The translations under genes and the position numbers were made by a program. A stretch of DNA of 64,000 nt from Fimbriimonadaceae bacterium. Lineage in GTDB: Bacteria; Armatimonadota; Fimbriimonadia; Fimbriimonadales; Fimbriimonadaceae. This document shows, in pieces, positions 1 to 8,376 of this stretch. Location: contig JAHBTE010000001.1 of NCBI GenBank assembly GCA_019638675.1, positions 278,605 to 342,604 on the forward strand, given 5' to 3'. Within the stretch, counting starts at the first letter, position 1; each line of letters begins with the position of its first letter. Below the pieces are notes generated by a model. That model worked only from the letters and a program-made list of their open reading frames with translations. It did no database searches and was not told the origin of the DNA.

Positions 1-880
1 AGTTGTGCGTATCTGGCTTGAGTGCCGCTTCAATACTCACCTTGCTGGGCGAACCAATTGGACCGGGCGGCAATCCTGCGTTCAAATAAGTGTTGTAGGG
101 AGATTTCACTGTCCGTACAACTCCCGGGCCAAGAACTTTCCATTCGCCCAAAGCGTACAAAACGGTTGCATCGATTTCCAGCCGCATCCCTTTTTTGGTG
201 CGGTTTTCGATCACGCCGGCAACCATTGGTCGTTCCTTATCGAGAGCCGCTTCTAATTCGACCATTGAGCCAATAATCACCGCACGATTTAGGCCATCTT
301 CTCCTAATCCCTTAACTACCTTACTCTCGAACGCTTTGAGTTGGCGTTCGATCACCGCACGTGCGCCCAGCATCGGCGGCAGTTCGTATGTATCGGGATA
401 TAGATAACCTTCTAGCGAACCTACGGGCAACTTGAATTTCACGACATCTTTGAACTCTTCCGGCTTGTTCGCCAGTTCGATGTACTCTTCCTCAGTGCAA
501 ACCTGCTTATCCGCTAGCCGCTTTGCCACTCGCTTAATCCACCAGCCCTCAGGAATACGTACCATCTGAGAGATCGGCTTATTCATGCTGGCGATGATCT
601 GCTCGACTGTCTGCCCTGGTTGGAATTCATACGTTCCTTCCGCGACCGGTTTTGCATCGCCGTTGAACTTTACATACTGGGCGAAAACTTGCGGATTCCG
701 CACCACGCCCATTTTGCCAAGTTCGTTGACCGCACTCTTAAAACTGCGGGATGGCCACCGAACCATGACCTTCTTTCCAGATGGCATGGGTGCAATCTGT
801 GACTGAATCCAATTCACCCCTCCGAGGGCGATGATTGCTCCTAGCACAAGGCCAATCAGAAACTTAGCGAACTTAGACAT
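1..880 (-). CDS. mltG: Endolytic murein transglycosylase MltG (YceG-like); 3' end cut by window edge
   Basis: Absent from the ORF track because there is no stop inside the window. Manual translation from ATG 880-878 gives MSKFAKFLIGLVLGAIIALGG (TM anchor) ... RIPEGWWIKRVAKRLADK ... GSLEGYLYPDTYEL (YceG/MltG hallmark). The start overlaps the ruvX stop by 8 nt, the conserved ruvX-mltG arrangement. Confidence 0.8.
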   Translation of the reverse strand, partial: MSKFAKFLIGLVLGAIIALGGVNWIQSQIAPMPSGKKVMVRWPSRSFKSAVNELGKMGVVRNPQVFAQYVKFNGDAKPVAEGTYEFQPGQTVEQIIASMNKPISQMVRIPEGWWIKRVAKRLADKQVCTEEEYIELANKPEEFKDVVKFKLPVGSLEGYLYPDTYELPPMLGARAVIERQLKAFESKVVKGLGEDGLNRAVIIGSMVELEAALDKERPMVAGVIENRTKKGMRLEIDATVLYALGEWKVLGPGVVRTVKSPYNTYLNAGLPPGPIGSPSKVSIEAALKPDTHN

Positions 881-1280
881 GGCTCTCCTTAAACCTGTCC
901 AAGATTCGGCAGGCGGCTTCCGAATCCAGGCGTTTTTTTCGTTGGCTGGCTTTCATCCCTGATTCGTGCATAGCGGTAGAAGCTTCTACGCTCGTCAGGC
1001 TCTCATCCACATAGAAAACTGAACCGCCTAACGCTTCTAACTCAGCTCCGAACCTGCGCATTACACTTGCCATTTTCCCCTCTAATCCGTTTTCTAATGG
1101 GAGACCAAGTACATATCCTTCGGCGAGTTCTTGTTTGCCAGCCGCAAACACCTGATGAGCATCGCTTTTGAGCGCACCTTTAGCGGAGATCGGCTGCAAC
1201 GCGCGGGAAAGTCCAGTTTCAGTTTCCATCACTGCCAGGCCGATGCGGGCTTTGCCAAGATCAACCCCCAACACCCTCAT
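873..1280 (-). CDS. ruvX: YqgF/RuvX Holliday-junction-resolvase-like nuclease
   Basis: 135 aa. N-terminal MRVLGVDLGKARIGLAV matches the YqgF/RuvX RNase-H-fold signature. 4-nt overlap with the upstream gene. Confidence 0.85.
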   Translation of the reverse strand: MRVLGVDLGKARIGLAVMETETGLSRALQPISAKGALKSDAHQVFAAGKQELAEGYVLGLPLENGLEGKMASVMRRFGAELEALGGSVFYVDESLTSVEASTAMHESGMKASQRKKRLDSEAACRILDRFKESHV

Positions 1281-2053
1281 GATTGAAACGTCCTTGTCAC
1301 CAAATCTTTTAACCCAGGAGTCACACTCACCAGTTCCAAATCTCCCGATTGGGCCGGGTCATTCAATGGCTTGTCGCCGTTAAACTTCATAGCAACGCCA
1401 CCCGCTTCCTCCACGATTGGAATCACTGCGCTGATATCCCACCGACTCACCACTGGGTCGAGCATCATCTGGATTCGCCCACCAGCCAGAAGCATATGAC
1501 CGTAAGCGTCACTCCAGGTTCGACAAGCCATGACTTGACGGGCAATGGACATGGCTCCTTCTAGACGATTGTATTTTTCGAGCGACGTGGGACTGCCCGT
1601 GCTCATCACGACCCTTTTGAGTTCAGTTTCGTTACTCACCTGAATCTTTTTCCCGTTACAGAACGCTCCGCCGCCCCGTTCCGCCCAAAACATCTCCCCC
1701 AACGCGGGAAGATAGACCACTCCTAAAGTTGGCTGGCCAGCTTGCTCATAACTGAGCAAGGTCGCATAGAGTGGCACTCCGCTGATAAACGACTTTGTGC
1801 CGTCAATCGGATCAAGCACCCACCGGTCGTCTCCACTGCCCGTGAGCCCTTCTTCTTCACCCAGAACCGATTCACACGGGAACTGCTCGCTCAGCAACTG
1901 CCGCATGAGTCGCTCCGCGTTCTGGTCGGCGATGGTGACCGGTGAATCATCGCCCTTGAGATCAACCGCCGCGTTTTGCTGGAAGTGCAACAGGGTGCCA
2001 TCTCCCGCGGTTCTCACGATTTCAATCGCTTTTGATAATCTCTCTGAGTTCAA
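1277..2053 (-). CDS. Inositol monophosphatase family protein (SuhB/HisN-like)
   Basis: 258 aa. WVLDPIDGTKSF and LGEEEG metal-binding motifs of the IMPase superfamily. Confidence 0.8.
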   Translation of the reverse strand: MNSERLSKAIEIVRTAGDGTLLHFQQNAAVDLKGDDSPVTIADQNAERLMRQLLSEQFPCESVLGEEEGLTGSGDDRWVLDPIDGTKSFISGVPLYATLLSYEQAGQPTLGVVYLPALGEMFWAERGGGAFCNGKKIQVSNETELKRVVMSTGSPTSLEKYNRLEGAMSIARQVMACRTWSDAYGHMLLAGGRIQMMLDPVVSRWDISAVIPIVEEAGGVAMKFNGDKPLNDPAQSGDLELVSVTPGLKDLVTRTFQS

Positions 2054-2174
2054 AGCACCTTCATTCTGACAGGCTAGGCGTAGGGTTGCCGTTAAAATCG
2101 CCCCTGTGCCTATTAAGACCCGATGCAGACCCGCCGATAACTTTTCGTGAGGGTAATATTCTCATTCAATTCGT

Positions 2175-2250
2175 GGGGGCTTAGCTCAGTTGGGAGAGCA
2201 CCTGCTTTGCATGCAGGGGGTCAGGGGTTCGAGTCCCCTAGCCTCCACCA
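2175..2250 (+). tRNA. tRNA-Ala(TGC): tRNA-Ala (anticodon TGC), CCA encoded
   Basis: Manual cloverleaf: acceptor GGGGGCT/AGCCTCC with the Ala identity G3:U70 pair, D arm GCTC-AGTTGGGA-GAGC, anticodon arm CCTGC-TTTGCAT-GCAGG, T arm AGGGG-TTCGAGT-CCCCT, discriminator A, CCA. 76 nt. Confidence 0.95.
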
Positions 2251-2259
2251 CGAAGATTT

Positions 2260-3093
2260 TTACTGTAATTTCACACAAACCGCCTGAACCACGGCGATTC
2301 GATTCTCTGCCAAATTCCTCTGCACGTTTCCGAGTTTGGTCTTTGCCTCATCGCCCAACAGCAGATGCAATCCCAGCGGCGGCGGGCCGGAATCTTTGAT
2401 CTTTGCCAGCATCGCCAAAAACCATTCGTTGGAATACGCCGTTTTATCTTCCCACTGCAAGATCTCAAACCCAGCTTGGGAGATCGTTTCCTTTGCACTT
2501 TCGGGAGTGACCAAGTGGCTGATTTCTGGCCCGGGCGCCCAGGGAACCGGGAAGTGAACGTCCCCGCCTTCGCCTTGAAAAATATCGTGGAAAACCAGTT
2601 TGCCGTCCGGTCGAAGAACGCGATTTAGCTCTCCGTAAAAAGCAAGTTTGTCGGCAATGTTCATCTGGACGTGCTCCGTCCACACCACGTCAAATACTTC
2701 GTCTTCAAACGGCAGTTCCAGCGCACTGGCTTGCCAAAACGAAACCTGGTTCTGCATCCCCACCAAGTCGGTGAGCGCAACCGCCGTATCAATGTATTCC
2801 CCTGTCAGGTCAACCCCGGTTGCGATAATCCCGAACTCTTCGCAGAGATACCGAACTGATCCCCCGAGCCCGCACCCGACATCCAGTAGCCGCTGTCCGC
2901 GCTCAAGTTTTGCGAGATGGGCGAGTTCGGTTGTTGATTCTCGCCCGCGAATATGAAACTCATCGACCGGAGCCAGGTCTGCGGCAACGAGGTGGTTTAA
3001 ATCCTTCCCGATTGCTAAAAGAGCTGTCAAGATCGAGGTCAGAATATGGCCCGATTCGTAGTTTGCAATTACTCGATTCGTGGCCTCGTTCAT
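2260..3093 (-). CDS. Class I SAM-dependent methyltransferase
   Basis: 277 aa. SAM-binding motif I LLDVGCGLGG followed by the acidic loop GVDLT. Substrate not inferable. Confidence 0.75.
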   Translation of the reverse strand: MNEATNRVIANYESGHILTSILTALLAIGKDLNHLVAADLAPVDEFHIRGRESTTELAHLAKLERGQRLLDVGCGLGGSVRYLCEEFGIIATGVDLTGEYIDTAVALTDLVGMQNQVSFWQASALELPFEDEVFDVVWTEHVQMNIADKLAFYGELNRVLRPDGKLVFHDIFQGEGGDVHFPVPWAPGPEISHLVTPESAKETISQAGFEILQWEDKTAYSNEWFLAMLAKIKDSGPPPLGLHLLLGDEAKTKLGNVQRNLAENRIAVVQAVCVKLQ

Positions 3094-3217
3094 ATTTCCA
3101 TTCAGCTCCCAGTTTTGACGTTTAGATGCGTTTCGTCTAACTCCTAATATGCCTGATCAACCCGCTAAAGATGAAAGAAATATGAATCGAAAATTTATTC
3201 TCGCAATGGTAGGATGA

Positions 3218-3685
3218 ATGCCCATGTCAAATGTTGTTCCCATTCCCGAAGGATTCAATACGATTACCGCTTACCTGATTGTCGACGGAGCGGATGCGGC
3301 AATTGAACTCTATAAAAAAGCCCTTGGAGCCCAAGTGATGAGCGTTCATAAAATGCCAGATGGCAAGGTGCTCAACGCCCAACTGAAAATCGGTAATTCC
3401 ATGCTGATGCTCAACGACGAGTGGCCAGATTGGGGCGCAATCGGGCCGAAGAAAATCGGCAACACTGCAGTCACCATGCACTTGTATGTCGAGGATGTGG
3501 ACGCCGCATGGCAACGGGCGGTTGATGCAGGATTTGAAGTCAGCATGCCGCTGGACAATGCTCCCTGGGGCGACCGGTACGGCAGTCTGAAAGATCCGTT
3601 CGGTCACAGCTGGTCAATGGCAACTCACATCGAAGACGTTTCGGAGGAAGAACTGATGGAACGCTTCAAAAATATGCCGATGTAA
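3218..3685 (+). CDS. VOC (glyoxalase/bleomycin-resistance, PhnB-like) family protein
   Basis: 155 aa. N-terminal ITAYLIVDGADAAIELYKKALGA and C-terminal WGDRYGSLKDPFGHSW are typical of PhnB-type VOC proteins. Confidence 0.7.
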   Translation: MPMSNVVPIPEGFNTITAYLIVDGADAAIELYKKALGAQVMSVHKMPDGKVLNAQLKIGNSMLMLNDEWPDWGAIGPKKIGNTAVTMHLYVEDVDAAWQRAVDAGFEVSMPLDNAPWGDRYGSLKDPFGHSWSMATHIEDVSEEELMERFKNMPM

Positions 3686-3730
3686 TCGGTTTTTAGTAAG
3701 GGGTTTTGACTCATTGACGATCGAAGCCCC

Positions 3731-4081
3731 TCACTTAACATTTAGTAACTGTGGCAACTCATCCCAGTTACAATAAACGGCGTTAGGAAATTTGGCTTTG
3801 GTCGCTTCTACTTTCTCTGGCTTACCGCCCACAAAATAAATTAGAATGTGCAGACGACTTTTTGCCGACCACATCCATTCCGCGATCGCCCAACCATGCG
3901 AAGGCAATCGATCCAAGGAAATGACAAGCACGTCTGGCCATGGATTGTTGAGATCAGCCTTTTCGCCTTGACTCCAATGCCCCCGAATGTTCATTCCCGG
4001 CGATTGTAGCCGGGCCATGGTCTTGGCAAGTTCATCTTCTTGCCAGTGCACGACAAATATTTCCATTAACCAATTTTGCAT
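3731..4081 (-). CDS. Hypothetical protein (possibly receiver-like alpha/beta fold without a recognisable phospho-acceptor)
   Basis: 116-aa ORF in a locally AT-richer stretch. Alternating hydrophobic strands (IFVVHW, VLVISLD, ILIYFVGG). No diagnostic motif. Confidence 0.4.
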   Translation of the reverse strand: MQNWLMEIFVVHWQEDELAKTMARLQSPGMNIRGHWSQGEKADLNNPWPDVLVISLDRLPSHGWAIAEWMWSAKSRLHILIYFVGGKPEKVEATKAKFPNAVYCNWDELPQLLNVK

Positions 4082-4111
4082 AAATGATAGCGGTCACATT
4101 ACGTGACCGCT

Positions 4112-5356
4112 TTAGTTATAATCGCATAGCTTTAGTCCGTGGTCAGCCGCCCACCGCTTAAGCCATTGCTCTTGGTCAGCTGTAGCAATTGAATTCAGCC
4201 GTCCTCGAACTTGAACTACTTGGCGCATTCGAGGATCAATCTCGATAGTTAATCGTGAAAGTTCTTCCCCGATATGACCATCTCCGCTGATCGATTTGAA
4301 CCGCATCGAAAAAATTCGAGAAGCTCCGTTGATACAGTCGGATGTGTAAGTAAAGACGCAATGCCTTTGAATTCTTCCTTCCACTGCTAGCTCACGATTG
4401 CTTGTTAGCTCTCCGACCTGCACAAGTAATCCGTTTCTTTTCACTTCCCAAAAATCGAAATCCCTGCGCCAGGATTGATATTTGGTAAGCGATCCGACAT
4501 GAACACCTTGCCTCCAGCGAATAGTGAGTTCGCAAATCGATTTCAAACTTCTCCCTTGTAAAGAGAACTTTGGGTCGCTCAGCATATCCAAGATAAAGAA
4601 ATTGATATCGTAGACTTCCCAGCGGCCCATGTCCATCCAATTTGCCGCATAAAAGTTTACGATGCTATCAATTCTGCTGCCCAACCTGTTGCGCCAGTCG
4701 CCCCGACAAAAATCCTCAACGACGTAATTGCATATCTTTTCTGGCATAGCTGCCGCCCGGCACTTAGCCCAGAAGAGGTTCTTGCAGACTGAATTCTGAT
4801 CTGGAGCGCGCAAAAACCAATGCACTTCCTTTTTATTCAGAATGCCTTGCATTTGCTTCGCCAACGAATCGCCACGCGCCGCGCAATAGAACCACTCTAA
4901 AAGCTGTTCACGCTCAAGTTGCTCATCTTTTGACGTCGTGTTGCCGAAAACCAGATTTTCTCCACGTTCGTTCAATACCCCTCGGTACAAAAACAGAGGC
5001 ACTGGGTATTTGATGAACAAATGTTTGATTAAATGTAAGACTTGCTTGCATTCATCATAATTTTTTACCTTGTGTTCAGAATGGCACCTGATTGCACGAG
5101 ACGTGAAAACTGAAGGATATAAAAATTTGGAAAGATACGATATTTCTTTCCTTTTCTTATTTCCTTTATATTCTGCTTTATCTTGTAATTTTTTCTTGGC
5201 AAGAGCCTCAGCAATCAATTGGTTTTGCTGATCCCTTGACTCATGACGAAGTTGAATCTTGGATTTCTTTTTTCCCATTGTTTGAGGCGCAGTGAGACCT
5301 GCGAGTGGGCAAGCAAGGGAGCCACACGGAGTTGTGGTGAGATACAGAATCTGCAC
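4112..5356 (-). CDS. PcfJ-like domain protein (the true start may be the MGKKKSK Met at 5278)
   Basis: 414 aa. C-terminal ELAVEGRIQRHCVFTYTSDCINGASRIFSMR resembles the EG..xHCV..Y....G...I.S.R core I associate with PcfJ-like (conjugative-plasmid) proteins. Lys-rich N-terminus. AT-richer by eye. Confidence 0.45.
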   Translation of the reverse strand: MQILYLTTTPCGSLACPLAGLTAPQTMGKKKSKIQLRHESRDQQNQLIAEALAKKKLQDKAEYKGNKKRKEISYLSKFLYPSVFTSRAIRCHSEHKVKNYDECKQVLHLIKHLFIKYPVPLFLYRGVLNERGENLVFGNTTSKDEQLEREQLLEWFYCAARGDSLAKQMQGILNKKEVHWFLRAPDQNSVCKNLFWAKCRAAAMPEKICNYVVEDFCRGDWRNRLGSRIDSIVNFYAANWMDMGRWEVYDINFFILDMLSDPKFSLQGRSLKSICELTIRWRQGVHVGSLTKYQSWRRDFDFWEVKRNGLLVQVGELTSNRELAVEGRIQRHCVFTYTSDCINGASRIFSMRFKSISGDGHIGEELSRLTIEIDPRMRQVVQVRGRLNSIATADQEQWLKRWAADHGLKLCDYN

Positions 5357-5531
5357 GAAGGGGCAGTTTTAATTATTTGGGCGTTAGACAGATCGTCCTT
5401 GCCCGATCACATCTAACGACCCGTTCTGGGTCGATCATATTTCATGATTCAAATATTCTTGCATAGTTAACTTTATTTGTCAAGTAAGTCCTACTAAGTT
5501 TTATGCGAAATATGGCTTTTAATTCCCCTCA

Positions 5532-6371
5532 ATGATATTTAGCAGAACTCTCAATCAACATTTAGCGTCTTTTCAAAACAAGATGGTTCCAGTTCTTGCG
5601 CTCCTGATGATCCAAACCGCGAACACTCCCCACTGCAAAGTTGAGTTGATAGCGGAAAACACCGCCATCGCCCCCGGCGAATCAGCGCGAATCGGGGTTC
5701 GTGTCTCGATGGATGACGGATGGCATATTTATTGGAAGAATCCGGGCGATTCAGGAATCCCCACTAAAATCAACTGGAATTTGCCGAAAGGCTGGAAAGT
5801 CAGCGACATGAAGTGGCCCACGCCTCACGCTATAGAAGCAGAAGGATTTACGTCTTTCGGTTACGATAACTCAGTTCTATTTATGACCCGAATCGTCACG
5901 CCAAAGGATGCGAAAATTGGCTCGAAGATTCTGGTCTCTGCGGACATGGAGTTCCTCATCTGCAAAGAATCTTGTCTGCCGGGGAACGCCAAGCTCTCTA
6001 TGTTTCTTAATGTAGGTGAGGCAGCCTTAATCAAACCGACGAAATGGGCCGAGGAATTTGAGCGAACAGCATTTCATCTGCCGCGATCAGCCGCCAACTG
6101 GAAACTCTCGGCACGAAAGGTCGACAGTGTCATTGTTCTTTCTGGACAGCACCCAGATTACGCTCAAATAGGGGCTCTGAGATTCTTTGGAGAAGAGCCA
6201 GGAGTTTTTGATACTGGTGCGCTTCCACCTGCGATCTCAAGATCAGCAGGCGTGTTCACTCTGAACATCCCAATCTCTCCTTACGCCTCCGAAATTCCAA
6301 CCCAAATTAAGGGTGTGCTCACCGGATTTGGAACTCACAGCTACGAAATTAGTGTACCAATAACAAATTAA
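5532..6371 (+). CDS. DsbD N-terminal (DsbC/DsbD-alpha-like) thiol:disulfide interchange domain protein, secreted
   Basis: 279 aa. DGWHIYWKNPGDSGIPTKINWNLPKGW and LICKESCLPG (Cys pair) match the DsbD-alpha/'disulphide bond corrector' domain. Hydrophobic N-terminus. Confidence 0.65.
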   Translation: MIFSRTLNQHLASFQNKMVPVLALLMIQTANTPHCKVELIAENTAIAPGESARIGVRVSMDDGWHIYWKNPGDSGIPTKINWNLPKGWKVSDMKWPTPHAIEAEGFTSFGYDNSVLFMTRIVTPKDAKIGSKILVSADMEFLICKESCLPGNAKLSMFLNVGEAALIKPTKWAEEFERTAFHLPRSAANWKLSARKVDSVIVLSGQHPDYAQIGALRFFGEEPGVFDTGALPPAISRSAGVFTLNIPISPYASEIPTQIKGVLTGFGTHSYEISVPITN

Positions 6372-6436
6372 GTGAACTTTGACCACAAAAAAGGTGTTTA
6401 GACAAACATATCGTCTGAAACGAGGAGAAGAATCTG

Positions 6437-7054
6437 ATGAAAGTACAAATCACAATCGCAGCAATTTCAGCCATCATGATCGCTTCCGTAGTTGTTGCCC
6501 AACGCGCTCCAGCTGCCGTCGCAATCGGAAAACCAGCGCCGAACTTCAGCGCACCTGCCGCTAGCGGCAAAACAATCAGCCTCAACGACTACAAAGGCAA
6601 ATGGGTTGTTATGGAATGGAACAACAAAGATTGCCCTATCGTTGTTCGCCACTATAACTCAGGAAGTATGCAAGCTACCCAAAAGTGGGCGGCTGAAAAA
6701 GGCGTTGTCTGGCTCTCGGTTTGCTCAAGTGCACCTGGAAAACAGGGTCACGTTGATGCAACTGGAGCAAACGAAATGCTCAAATCAAAAGGAGCAACGG
6801 TTAGCCAATATCTGTTAGATCCACAAGGTGAGATTGGTCGGATGTACGGCGCGCGAACAACTCCGCACATGTTCGTCATCAATCCAGCCGGTGAAACCGT
6901 GTACATGGGAGCTATCGACGATAGTCCAAATGCAAGTGCCGCTAATACTAGCAAAGCTCGCAACTATGTTCGCGAAGCTCTGACTCTCGGCATGGCGGGC
7001 AAACCTGTCGAAGTAGCTACCTCACATCCGTACGGTTGCAGCGTCAAGTATTAA
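6437..7054 (+). CDS. Secreted thioredoxin-fold (redoxin/AhpC-TSA-like) protein
   Basis: 205 aa. Signal peptide MKVQITIAAISAIMIASVVVAQ, redox-site region EWNNKDCPIVVRHY, conserved C-terminal YGCSVKY. Paired with the DsbD-N protein upstream. Confidence 0.65.
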   Translation: MKVQITIAAISAIMIASVVVAQRAPAAVAIGKPAPNFSAPAASGKTISLNDYKGKWVVMEWNNKDCPIVVRHYNSGSMQATQKWAAEKGVVWLSVCSSAPGKQGHVDATGANEMLKSKGATVSQYLLDPQGEIGRMYGARTTPHMFVINPAGETVYMGAIDDSPNASAANTSKARNYVREALTLGMAGKPVEVATSHPYGCSVKY

Positions 7055-7073
7055 AACAACAAGCTACAAAATG

Positions 7074-7105
7074 ACTCGGATCAGGCTATGCCTTCTGATC
7101 CGAGT
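7074..7105. terminator. Hairpin between convergent genes (10-bp stem ACTCGGATCA/TGATCCGAGT), probable terminator
   Basis: Perfect 10-bp inverted repeat 7074-7083 / 7096-7105. The stop codon of the minus-strand gene (7086-7088) lies in the loop. The minus-strand reading is followed by ATTTTG. Confidence 0.45.
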
Positions 7106-7820
7106 TCATTATATATAAACTATCAGTGTTTACATCACAGTGGGGCTTCGCGCCTTTCTTAATAACGGGCAAGTCGAGCATCATCCACCTATGCGACAAG
7201 GCCACTGGCCAAGTGAAGCAGTTTAGTTGCGAATTCTCAGCGAAAATTTGGAACACTACGTTGTCCCCAGTTATTGAATCAACTAGAGCTACATACTGCA
7301 AAGATTTGATTTCATCCGAAATCTCGCATTGAATATTTTTTATTCGCGAATGACCGTCTGCGGTAGCGAAGTGATACAGTTCATTGATGTACGGAATTGC
7401 TATTTGGTTTGCCAGGCTTAAATATATGATGCATTCGGCCTTACCAGCTGATTCTCTGAAAAGCGAATCAAATGTAGCCTCAATTATTTGTATTGACTCA
7501 ACGGCAGCCCTGATCACAACCGTGTCGAAATTCAAATCATTTGACTCTAATACGCTGGTCAATGTAGTAGCCGAATGCGTAATGCAAGCTGGACTGGGCA
7601 CTGAATCGAAATTTTTGAGCAATTCTAATAGAGGAGTTGGAAGCCTCGACAAATTATCCTTAGCTCGATACAAAGCTACCCGAATTGCCTCTGCAGACTT
7701 GTAGTGCTCAGCCCCCCCCGCCTTCATGCGGCTGAACAGCACGTCGCTTAACTGGGATATCGTGTTTGAGCCAGTAAGCTGAAAAAGCTCATTTACCGAT
7801 GTTCGCTCTGATACAACCAT
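7086..7820 (-). CDS. Hypothetical protein
   Basis: 244-aa ORF, AT-richer by eye, no recognisable motif. Divergent from 7968..8339 across a repeat-bearing intergenic region. Confidence 0.45.
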   Translation of the reverse strand: MVVSERTSVNELFQLTGSNTISQLSDVLFSRMKAGGAEHYKSAEAIRVALYRAKDNLSRLPTPLLELLKNFDSVPSPACITHSATTLTSVLESNDLNFDTVVIRAAVESIQIIEATFDSLFRESAGKAECIIYLSLANQIAIPYINELYHFATADGHSRIKNIQCEISDEIKSLQYVALVDSITGDNVVFQIFAENSQLNCFTWPVALSHRWMMLDLPVIKKGAKPHCDVNTDSLYIMNSDQKA

Positions 7821-7893
7821 TGACCGTATTATATCAGAGAAATAGTACAGACGATACAGATATTTAATTAGTTTCAGAAATTATTTTCTAATT

Positions 7894-7911
7894 GATACAA
7901 TTTTTTGTATC
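7894..7911. promoter_or_regulatory. Operator-like palindrome GATACAA-TTTT-TTGTATC with extra TGATACA half-sites nearby
   Basis: Perfect 7-bp inverted repeat at 7894-7911 in the AT-rich divergent intergenic region. Further GATACA copies at about 7811, 7853 and 7916. Confidence 0.35.
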
Positions 7912-7967
7912 ATCTGATACACTAGTATTGCACGGAGGCAAAATCTTAATGGAGCAGAAACCAGAAA

Positions 7968-8339
7968 ATGCAAGAACATGTACTTTGGGCCGCAGTCTTT
8001 GCGGGTCCGTTCGCCCTCTTACCAGATGCTGTTCGTTGGCTAATTCATAAAAATTCGACACGACCAGTGTTGTTGCGAGTTATTGATGAAAAAGCTATGC
8101 CAAGGCGCGGCGTAAAGGTGCTCATCAATGAGAATTTTGTAGTTACAGTCGGGGAATCGGGGGAAATTAACGCTCGAGTTCCAAGAAGTGGATCCATTAC
8201 ATGCCACGTTTTCGACAATGATCAGCCAATGCTTATTGAGAACAGTATTAAGGGAGTATTTCACTTTAAACGTTCTTTCGCGGAAACAGAATCGACGGTT
8301 ATTCTAATAGTGCGCCCCCTTCCAAAACACTTACGTTAA
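7968..8339 (+). CDS. Hypothetical protein
   Basis: 123-aa ORF followed by a strong terminator. No recognisable motif. Confidence 0.4.
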   Translation: MQEHVLWAAVFAGPFALLPDAVRWLIHKNSTRPVLLRVIDEKAMPRRGVKVLINENFVVTVGESGEINARVPRSGSITCHVFDNDQPMLIENSIKGVFHFKRSFAETESTVILIVRPLPKHLR

Positions 8340-8375
8340 AAAATCTCCCCGACAATACAGTCGGGGAGATATTTT
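8338..8375. terminator. Bidirectional intrinsic terminator
   Basis: A-run 8338-8343, 11-bp perfect stem ATCTCCCCGAC (8343-8353) / GTCGGGGAGAT (8360-8370), 6-nt loop, then ATTTT. Sits between convergent 7968..8339 (+) and rsr (-). Confidence 0.75.
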
Positions 8376-8376
8376 G

